A stretch of DNA of 6,167 nucleotides from a virus. Position numbers and translations under genes: made by a program. Position 1 is the first letter of the stretch; each line of letters opens with the position of its first letter. Below, piece by piece: positions 1 to 5,011 of the stretch. The DNA is taken from IMG/VR virus record IMGVR_UViG_3300022738_000001; one strand, 5' to 3'. The notes beneath the pieces were generated by a model. The model made no database searches. It was not told the DNA's origin and saw only the letters and a program-made list of their open reading frames with translations.

Positions 1-127
1 GGCGCCGTTGGTGCGAGCGCCTGACCCAGAAGTGCGCCAAGGGCGGCAACTGGGTTGAACGGGACCGGGATGACCCGGCCCGCCGCGACTGGCGCGAACT
101 CACCGCGCGCGAGTTGGACAGCGAATT
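1..127. repeat. Left copy of the exact 127-bp terminal redundancy (circular-contig overlap)
   Basis: Base-for-base identical to 6041-6167. It lies inside the rep open reading frame. Confidence 0.95.
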
Positions 128-449
128 TGAAACCTTCTTCGGTGGGTTCTTCAGCGATGTGGAGGTATCCGACATGGACACCGTGAGGGAAAAGCTTGAG
201 CTGGTCTGCCCGACGAAAGGTCGAGCCCTGGCTGCCCACCGGACGTGGGCTGTCATTCGTGCTGCGGGCTACGAAGAGGCACGCAACTCGATGCCGCTGC
301 GGACATTCCAATTGCATACCAAGTATCTGCGCGAAGCGGGCGTGTCTGACATGGACATGACGGCGCGCACGGTGCTGCCTTTCCGCCTTCGTCGCATCAA
401 CGTGGCCGAGCCGGTTACGTCGTGGGCCGAACTGCGGCGGGTGGCGTGA
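3..449 (+). CDS. Replication initiation protein, C-terminal part (same gene as 5395-6167 across the circular junction)
   Basis: The frame is open from the window start to TGA 447-449. Phase is continuous with 5395-6167: 6040-5395=645, divisible by 3, so codon GGG spans 6040-6042 and the next codon equals position 3. Track ORF 114-449 is just the first TTG inside this open frame. Confidence 0.88.
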   Translation, partial: RRWCERLTQKCAKGGNWVERDRDDPARRDWRELTARELDSEFETFFGGFFSDVEVSDMDTVREKLELVCPTKGRALAAHRTWAVIRAAGYEEARNSMPLRTFQLHTKYLREAGVSDMDMTARTVLPFRLRRINVAEPVTSWAELRRVA

Positions 450-532
450 TGCTGATCGGTTGGCTCTGTTTCGGATACCTCGGCTGGCTCGCCTCGACGG
501 CGTTTTGGCTCCATCAGGAAGGGAAGCTCTGA
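449..532 (+). CDS. 27-aa hydrophobic micro-ORF (MLIGWLCFGYLGWLASTAFWLHQEGKL), candidate pVII/pIX-like minor virion or membrane protein
   Basis: ATG 449-451 overlaps the rep stop TGA 447-449 (ATGA). Its own stop TGA 530-532 overlaps the next ATG 532-534. It has a single hydrophobic segment. It is too short for the supplied track. Confidence 0.4.
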   Translation: MLIGWLCFGYLGWLASTAFWLHQEGKL

Positions 533-663
533 TGCCTGCGGACATCACCTTTTGGGACGTGCTCGAGGTGGCTGTTTGGTGCGGGTTCTGGTCCTTCGCG
601 CTTGCTGTGTTGCTTGCGGCGATGGAAGTCGTTTGGGCCGCGATCACGGAGCGTGACGACTGA
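532..663 (+). CDS. 43-aa single-pass membrane protein (MPADITFWDVLEVAVWCGFWSFALAVLLAAMEVVWAAITERDD), candidate pVII/pIX-like minor coat protein
   Basis: ATG 532 follows AGGAAGGGAAG (516-526). I prefer this start over the TTG 460 start of the track ORF, whose upstream extension overlaps the 27-aa ORF in another frame. It has a hydrophobic core and an acidic C-terminus. The stop overlaps the next start (ATGA at 661-665). Confidence 0.55.
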   Translation: MPADITFWDVLEVAVWCGFWSFALAVLLAAMEVVWAAITERDD

Positions 664-893
664 TGCTCTGCGCCGAACTCCGCCCTGATGGCTCCGTCGC
701 TGTTGCCGCCTCGCAGCCTGTCGATGTCTCGTCCTGTGTTGCTGTTGTCATGTCGCCCGCTGATGCAGGGGTCTTCTTCGTTTTGCCTACACCCGGGGAA
801 TTTGCCGGTGCTTGGGGTGTGGGATTTGTGACGCCGCTGACGCTGTTCTTGGTGGCTCACGCTGTAGGCCGGCTCGTTCATTTCTGGGAGTAA
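663..893 (+). CDS. 76-aa hypothetical membrane protein of the structural module (hydrophobic C-terminal segment GVGFVTPLTLFLVAHAVGRLV)
   Basis: It has an ATGA overlap with the upstream ORF, G/C-rich third codon positions like neighbouring genes, and ends 5 nt before the coat-gene start. An internal ATG at 750 is an alternative start. Confidence 0.55.
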   Translation: MLCAELRPDGSVAVAASQPVDVSSCVAVVMSPADAGVFFVLPTPGEFAGAWGVGFVTPLTLFLVAHAVGRLVHFWE

Positions 894-898
894 GAAAC

Positions 899-1123
899 AT
901 GTTCAAGGTCACCAATATCCGTGCCGCGCGCAAGCTCGGCGTTGCTGTCGGCGCTGTGGTTCTGGCTTCGCAAGCTCACGCCGAAGGCCTCGACTTCGGT
1001 TCCATCACGTCGGGCGTCGATGTCTCGACTGTCGCCACGGCGATCATCGCCATGGGCGCGCTGCAGATCCTGCCGAACGTCGCAAAGTGGGGCGCCAAGA
1101 AGCTGGCGAGCTTCTTCGGCTAA
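899..1123 (+). CDS. Major coat protein, pVIII-like (74-aa precursor; predicted 28-aa signal peptide, 46-aa mature protein)
   Basis: GGGAG (886-890) lies 8 nt before ATG 899. The signal peptide MFKVTNIRAARKLGVAVGAVVLASQAHA has an AHA|EG cleavage motif. The mature peptide has an acidic N-terminus (EGLDF..D), a hydrophobic core (VATAIIAMGALQIL) and a basic C-terminus (KWGAKKLASFFG), the classic inovirus coat layout. The track start at 812 is an upstream extension. Confidence 0.85.
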   Translation: MFKVTNIRAARKLGVAVGAVVLASQAHAEGLDFGSITSGVDVSTVATAIIAMGALQILPNVAKWGAKKLASFFG

Positions 1124-1145
1124 GCCGTGACGTGACGGAAAACTG

Positions 1146-1170
1146 CGGGCGGCTTCGGTCGCCCGTTTTT
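1146..1170 (+). terminator. Rho-independent terminator/attenuator downstream of the major coat gene
   Basis: CGGGCGGC (1146-1153), TTCG loop (1154-1157), GTCGCCCG (1158-1165). This is an 8-bp stem with one G-T wobble and a UUCG-type tetraloop, followed by TTTTT (1166-1170). Confidence 0.7.
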
Positions 1171-1259
1171 ACTTGTGCGGGGTGAGTGATGGTCTATCTG
1201 CTGGCTGGCTTTGCGTTCGGAATGCTGTGCGCGTGGGCCGTGATCTCGGGGCTCGGGCG

Positions 1260-2543
1260 ATGAGAAAACTTCAGCTCGTCTTCAACGGCTTGCTGCTCGC
1301 GTTGATGCTGTTCGGAACGTCGTCGGCATGGGCGGATACGGTTCAGCCGGTCGTGACAGCGAGTCCTTGCACAGGCTGGTATAGCTGCGGCTGGGCCGGT
1401 GGGCCGCATGCTCGTGACAAATACTGGAAAGGTTTTACGAGCCAGTTGGATGGTGTCGGAACGAAGTTCGGAGCGTTCTATGCCTGTCCGGCCGGCTACA
1501 GTTGGGACACGGCGGGTGACTATTGCGTGAGTGATCCGAAGTGCATAGCTCCGAAGGTGCTGCATCCAGTCACAAAGGCCTGCATTGACCCATGCGAGGC
1601 CGGCAAGGTGGATAGCGCGGGCTATATCGAGTTGGGGACAAATGCGCAGACGCAGCCTCAGGTCGGCGGCTGTGGGAAGACGGGCTGCTACGTGGTTCTC
1701 ACGTCGAGTTCTGATCGCTACTACGTTGTGCGAAATGGTCAGAAGGTCTATTTCGCGAAGGGCACCTATACGCAGGCAGGTGGCCCGGACAACATCGCTT
1801 TCTGCAAGGCGGGTGACGCCAGTGTGGCGGCCGACAAGACGGCTGCGGATGTGAATGCAGCGCCGACCTGCGGCACGGGCAAAGTGCCCGGAACGGTGAA
1901 TGGTCAGACCGTCTGCGTTGATCCGGGAACCGGCACGGCGACCAAGCCGACCGACAGCACGCCTCCGACGACATCGACCAGCACCACGACGCGCAGCACT
2001 CAGGCGAACGCGGATGGCTCTACGTCTGTCACCGAAACGAAGACCGATGCCGATGGCACGGTGACGACAACTGTCACGGTGATCCGCAACGGCAATGTCG
2101 AAAGCAGCACTACCACGACATCAAAGCCGGGTGGCTCCAGCGGCACGCCGGGCACGGGGTCTAGCACGCCTTCGAGCGGGCAGTCAGGCGCGGTCGATAC
2201 CTGTGCGGCGAACCCGAACAGCGTCATGTGCCAGAACGCAGGCGGGCCTGCGACCAGCGGCGCAGGGCTCTACACAAAGAAAGATTCCAAGCTCTCCGAT
2301 CGGTGGGACAGCTTTGCCGTTTCTGCGCAGCAGGCGCCGATCATCAATTCGGCGAAAGCCTTCTTCACCCTGGGCGGGATCTCCGGTGCTTGCCCACGCT
2401 GGACCTACCACATTGACTACCTCGATACGACGGTCGATATGAACTACTGGTGCATGCCTGAGGTTCAGTCGGCGATGTCGCTGGTAGGCCCGATCCTCAT
2501 GGTCATTGCCGCGTGGGCGGCGTTCAAGTTTGGGGTGCTGTGA
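1260..2543 (+). CDS. Minor coat/adsorption protein, pIII-like (427 aa)
   Basis: ATG 1260 gives the signal peptide MRKLQLVFNGLLLALMLFGTSSAWA|DT. Next comes a Cys-rich N-terminal region, then two Thr/Ser/Pro/Gly-rich linkers (about 1924-2003 and 2103-2189). The C-terminal domain ends in a hydrophobic anchor, LVGPILMVIAAWAAFKFGVL (2481-2540). The gene sits directly after the coat gene. The TTG 1173 start in the track adds 29 aa with no signal-peptide character. Confidence 0.75.
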   Translation: MRKLQLVFNGLLLALMLFGTSSAWADTVQPVVTASPCTGWYSCGWAGGPHARDKYWKGFTSQLDGVGTKFGAFYACPAGYSWDTAGDYCVSDPKCIAPKVLHPVTKACIDPCEAGKVDSAGYIELGTNAQTQPQVGGCGKTGCYVVLTSSSDRYYVVRNGQKVYFAKGTYTQAGGPDNIAFCKAGDASVAADKTAADVNAAPTCGTGKVPGTVNGQTVCVDPGTGTATKPTDSTPPTTSTSTTTRSTQANADGSTSVTETKTDADGTVTTTVTVIRNGNVESSTTTTSKPGGSSGTPGTGSSTPSSGQSGAVDTCAANPNSVMCQNAGGPATSGAGLYTKKDSKLSDRWDSFAVSAQQAPIINSAKAFFTLGGISGACPRWTYHIDYLDTTVDMNYWCMPEVQSAMSLVGPILMVIAAWAAFKFGVL

Positions 2544-2848
2544 TGGGCGATTTCTGGTCGTGGCTGTGGGATGCCTTCAAGGCGATCTTCGCTGCCTTGT
2601 GGGACTTGTGCACCGATCTGTTTGTCATGGCGGTTGGGCTCATCTTTGATCTGGTGGTGTGGATCGCCAATCACATTCCGGTGCCGGACTTTCTCTCGCA
2701 ATACAGCCTGTCGAGTCTGTTCGCGCAGATTCATCCGGGCGTCCTCTATTTCGTTTCGTTCTTCCGGTTGCCGGAGTGCTTGGCGATCATCGGTGCGGGC
2801 GTTGCGTTCCGATTGATCCGTAAGCTCCTGACGCTGGGTCAATGGTGA
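2543..2848 (+). CDS. pVI-like minor coat/membrane protein (101 aa). It resembles the small hydrophobic protein found just upstream of zot-like genes (DUF2523-type, from memory).
   Basis: ATG 2543 overlaps the pIII-like stop (TGATG, 2541-2545). It has several hydrophobic segments and lies between the pIII-like and pI/Zot genes. Its stop is 4 nt before the zot start. Confidence 0.6.
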   Translation: MGDFWSWLWDAFKAIFAALWDLCTDLFVMAVGLIFDLVVWIANHIPVPDFLSQYSLSSLFAQIHPGVLYFVSFFRLPECLAIIGAGVAFRLIRKLLTLGQW

Positions 2849-2852
2849 TGAC

Positions 2853-4103
2853 ATGCTGATATTTCAGGAAGGGTTGCCCGGGTCGGGCAAGAGCTATGAG
2901 GCCGTTGTGAAGCGGCTGATTCCGGCGCTGCAGAAGGGCCGTGAGGTGCAGGCCTACATTGAGGGTTTGAACTTCCCGAAGATCGCCGAGTTGGCGGAGA
3001 TCTCGGACGAGCGCTGCGCGGAGTTGCTGACGCAAGTGACGCGCGAGCAAATGCAGTCGGGCGAGTGGTTGCAGCTGGTGAAGGACAACGCGCTCCTGAT
3101 CTTCGATGAGGCGCAGAACTTCTGGCCGACCGGCACGAAGCCGCTAAGCAAGGAAATGACGGAGTTCGTGACTGAGCATCGGCATCGCGGCTTCGATGTG
3201 ATCCTCATGGGTCAGGACATACGCGATGTCCACACGCTCTGGCGTCGGCGCGTTGATCAAAAGATCGTGTTCCAGAAGCTCGACACGCTCGGTGCACCGA
3301 CGAAGTACAAGTGGTCGGTGTTCAAGGCGACCGTTGATGGTAAGGGCGTGATCAAGTTTCAGCAGGTGCAAAAGGGCGTCAGCAAATACGACACGAAGTA
3401 CTTCGGCACCTACAAGTCGCACGTCGCCGACGATACGAACACGGAGACTTTCAAGGACAGCCGCGCGAGCTTGCTTAGTTCGAAGATGGTTCGCGTGGGC
3501 CTGCCGGTGATGCTCGCGGTGGCCTATCTGGCCTTCAATTACGTCTGGGGGTTCTTCCACAGTGACGGCACGCAATTCCAGAAGGGGGCCAAGTCGCCCC
3601 ACGTTCAGACATCCGGCACGAAGCCCGCAAGCCCGGCCGTGGTGGCACCTCAGCCCGTGGATGTTGCGGCGGTTAATGCTGCTCGCGCGGCTGCTGCTGC
3701 GCCTAAGGTGACGGACTACATCGCGCAGATCAGTGACAAGTGGCGTGTGCGGCTTTCGGGGCTGATCGAGGGTCGTGATCGCACCGTGGTTCTGCTCGAA
3801 TGGCTGGATGACAGCCTGCATCGTCGTGAGCGTCTGACGGGTGGCGAGCTGATGAAGCTCGGTTGGGTTGTCCAGGTCGAGGCGCCGGGCGTGGTGAAGC
3901 TCAGTAAAGGCGAACTCACGGTGCTGGCCACGGCTTGGCCGATCGACACTGACGGTGCGATCAGCGAGCGGCAGCTCGACGAATGGCGTAAGCAGAAAGA
4001 GGCGCAGCAGCCGCGTGATGAGGACCGACGTGTGCCAGTGCTGGAGATTCCGGACGAAGGCGGTTACACCGGCCCGAAGCGCGGCGGAGTGGGCAAATCG
4101 TGA
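2853..4103 (+). CDS. zot: Assembly ATPase pI, Zot (zonular occludens toxin-like) family, 416 aa
   Basis: Walker A GLPGSGKS (2871-2894) and Walker B LLIFDEAQ (3093-3116) are present, along with EHRHRGFDVILMGQD. These are hallmarks of the Zot/pI P-loop NTPase. A central transmembrane segment VGLPVMLAVAYLAFNYVWGFF (3495-3557) is followed by a C-terminal, presumably periplasmic, domain. Confidence 0.93.
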   Translation: MLIFQEGLPGSGKSYEAVVKRLIPALQKGREVQAYIEGLNFPKIAELAEISDERCAELLTQVTREQMQSGEWLQLVKDNALLIFDEAQNFWPTGTKPLSKEMTEFVTEHRHRGFDVILMGQDIRDVHTLWRRRVDQKIVFQKLDTLGAPTKYKWSVFKATVDGKGVIKFQQVQKGVSKYDTKYFGTYKSHVADDTNTETFKDSRASLLSSKMVRVGLPVMLAVAYLAFNYVWGFFHSDGTQFQKGAKSPHVQTSGTKPASPAVVAPQPVDVAAVNAARAAAAAPKVTDYIAQISDKWRVRLSGLIEGRDRTVVLLEWLDDSLHRRERLTGGELMKLGWVVQVEAPGVVKLSKGELTVLATAWPIDTDGAISERQLDEWRKQKEAQQPRDEDRRVPVLEIPDEGGYTGPKRGGVGKS

Positions 4104-4149
4104 GCGCGAGGCAAACTGTGATAGCCAACGCGTTGCGCGACGAAGCTGA

Positions 4150-4192
4150 GGGCTCTAGGGGCGAGGCGCGTAGCGACATGCCCCTAGAGCCC
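4150..4192 (+). repeat. Perfect 13-bp-stem hairpin, candidate packaging signal or ssDNA origin element
   Basis: GGGCTCTAGGGGC (4150-4162) and GCCCCTAGAGCCC (4180-4192) are exact reverse complements around a 17-nt loop. This is the first structure after the last morphogenesis gene. Confidence 0.6.
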
Positions 4193-4267
4193 GCAGATGC
4201 GCGAGCGTGCTGGATTGAACTAGGACGACGGAAGGGGTGGCGAAAGTAGTCGAGCCCCCTGCCCTGC

Positions 4268-4295
4268 AAGCCCACCCCGAACGGTGGGCTTTTTT
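4268..4295 (+). terminator. Rho-independent terminator of the long + strand operon
   Basis: AAGCCCACC (4268-4276), 6-nt loop CCGAAC, GGTGGGCTT (4283-4291). The T run 4290-4295 overlaps the right arm. It is orientation-specific for the + strand. Confidence 0.8.
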
Positions 4296-4377
4296 ATGGG
4301 CAGGCCGCCGGCGTGAGCGAGAGCGAAGCCGATCAGCGGACGTGTTCGGCGGGATGCTGCCCCCGAAGCCCGAAGGG

Positions 4378-4508
4378 TCGCGCCGCTGACCGGCGCGAGG
4401 GGTATCCCGACCGCGTGCCAAGCGATGTCACTCGTCACGCGGTGGGGTTGGGGTTAGAACCCTGTCCGGGTCCTATGTAACACCCGGACTACGCGCAACG
4501 GGTTGCGC
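4378..4508. repeat. Cluster of four further stem-loops in the large intergenic region, candidate replication-origin or minus-strand priming structures
   Basis: Four stem-loops:
- TCGCGCCG/CGGCGCGA, 4378-4398 (8 bp, 5-nt loop).
- ACCGCGTG/CACGCGGT, 4410-4443 (8 bp, 18-nt loop).
- GTCCGGGT/ACCCGGAC, 4464-4489 (8 bp, 10-nt loop).
- GCGCAA/TTGCGC, 4493-4508 (6 bp, 4-nt loop).
A possible composite helix lies upstream: GGGCAG-CCGCCG (4298-4310) pairing with CGGCGG-CTGCCC (4347-4362). Confidence 0.5.
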
Positions 4509-4532
4509 AAAGGGTTCAGAACTTCGCCGAAC

Positions 4533-4561
4533 TCACCACATAATCGGCAATTATACGACAC
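4533..4561. other. AT-rich patch with weak dif-like dyad (candidate XerC/D-type attP or origin element)
   Basis: TCACCACATAA-TCGGCAA-TTATACGACAC has CATAA and TTAT half-site cores in inverted orientation with a 7-nt spacer. Roughly 13 of 22 arm positions match the E. coli dif arms GGTGCGCATAA / TTATGTTAAAT. It is the only AT-rich island in the genome. A second TTATAC lies at 4569-4574. Confidence 0.25.
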
Positions 4562-4568
4562 TGAAAAG

Positions 4569-4955
4569 TTATACAGCCCCCTCAAGGGCCGTCGAACGTT
4601 TGGGTTCGCCACCCAGAAGGACAAGAGCCGCAATCAAGGCCACGGCCACTTTCAGGCCCGTGGCGGCCTTTTTGGCGACGAGGGAGGCTCTAGACCTCGC
4701 CGCCATGAGAAAACCCTGCCAAGCCGTTTTCTCAGCTGCTTTCGAGGCCCATTCCTCTTCAAGGGCGCAGATGGTCTCCCAAGGGTCGAGGCCGGCCAGC
4801 TCCGCAAGTTGAGCCGCCTGTAGGCCCTTGGGGCGGTTCTTGTCCGCTTCCCACTCCGACATCCGGCCGCTGCTGGCACCCACCATCCGGGCCAGCTCGG
4901 CCGCTTTGCAGTCCTGTCGGGTCTTCGCTTTGTTGATCAGTTCGCTGGCCTTCAT
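4569..4955 (-). CDS. XRE/Cro-C1-type helix-turn-helix transcriptional repressor (128 aa) with a hydrophobic C-terminal segment; putative immunity/lysogeny regulator
   Basis: The start is ATG (CAT at 4953-4955 on +) with GAAGG 9 nt upstream on the minus strand. ELARMVGASSGRMSEWEADKNRPKGLQAAQLAELAGLDP is an XRE-family HTH signature. It is the only minus-strand gene and diverges from the SSB-like/rep operon, the same layout as rstR versus rstA in CTXphi. Residues 101-116, LKVAVALIAALVLLGG (nt 4608-4655), are strongly hydrophobic. Confidence 0.75.
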   Translation of the reverse strand: MKASELINKAKTRQDCKAAELARMVGASSGRMSEWEADKNRPKGLQAAQLAELAGLDPWETICALEEEWASKAAEKTAWQGFLMAARSRASLVAKKAATGLKVAVALIAALVLLGGEPKRSTALEGAV

Positions 4956-4982
4956 CTCTTTTTGCCTTCTGCCTCTTGCGTC

Positions 4983-4998
4983 GCTCCAATTTTGGAGC
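4983..4998. promoter_or_regulatory. Operator-like palindrome O1 (GCTCCAA-TT-TTGGAGC)
   Basis: 7-bp inverted arms with a 2-bp spacer. The 14-bp core CTCCAATTTTGGAG is identical to the core of O2. Confidence 0.6.
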
Positions 4999-5011
4999 TA
5001 CCGTCCAAACC

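Noticed and set aside
1-127. 127-bp direct repeat as a biological element (LTR, IS end, attL/attR)
   Set aside because: The repeat lies inside a single continuous ORF that it reconstitutes perfectly. It is exact and sits precisely at both window termini. Circular-contig overlap is the simpler explanation.
114-449. Track ORF of 111 aa (TTG start) presented as a stand-alone gene
   Set aside because: The frame is open all the way from the window edge. The ORF is simply the C-terminal end of the rep gene that begins at 5395 and wraps around the circular junction. TTG 114 is only the first permitted start codon after the artificial window boundary.
460-531. Upstream extensions of real genes in the track (TTG 460 for the 43-aa ORF, 812 for the coat gene, TTG 1173 for the pIII-like gene, 2513 for the pVI-like gene)
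   Set aside because: In each case a downstream ATG gives a better-supported start. The support is a Shine-Dalgarno sequence at proper spacing, an ATGA coupling overlap, or a canonical signal peptide starting at that Met.
3144-3821. 225-aa minus-strand ORF antisense to zot, plus other antisense or alternative-frame ORFs (269-514, 1194-1565, 1699-1974, 2000-2227, 2184-2411, 2465-2854, 2787-3050, 2954-3208, 3716-3949, 5259-5561, 5317-5781, 5693-5989 and + strand off-frame ORFs such as 921-1130, 1585-1854, 2095-2442, 2571-2816, 5834-6040)
   Set aside because: Their compositions are Arg/Pro/Ala/Gly-rich and low in complexity, typical of non-coding frames in GC-rich DNA. They have no recognisable motifs or ribosome-binding sites. 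They fully overlap genes that have strong family signatures.
2853-4103. Interpreting the Zot-family gene as an enterotoxin or virulence factor
   Set aside because: The conserved part is the N-terminal P-loop assembly ATPase common to all inovirus pI proteins. The toxin activity described for Vibrio cholerae Zot resides in a C-terminal fragment that I cannot recognise here. Nothing in the sequence supports a toxicity claim.
3955-4438. ORFs in and around the large intergenic region (3955-4149 +, 3961-4275 -, 4155-4421 -, 4220-4438 -)
   Set aside because: Their translations are Arg/Pro-rich with no motifs. They run through the hairpins and the terminator. The region behaves as structured non-coding DNA.
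4444-4522. GGGGTT-GGGGTT tandem (4444-4455), GGGTTAGAACCC (4451-4462) and GGGTTCAGAAC (4512-4522) as possible Rep iterons; also GTTGCGC at 4133-4139 and 4502-4508
   Set aside because: The motifs are short, with only two or three loosely matching copies in GC-rich sequence, so I cannot distinguish them from chance. They are worth noting only if origin mapping lands here.
4511-4540. tRNA-like 3' end (GGTTCAGAAC ... CACCA), as seen in attP sites that mimic tRNA genes
   Set aside because: The flanks do not form a T-stem (AAGGG versus CTTCG) or an acceptor stem, so no cloverleaf can be drawn. No tRNA, rRNA or CRISPR array is supported anywhere in the window.
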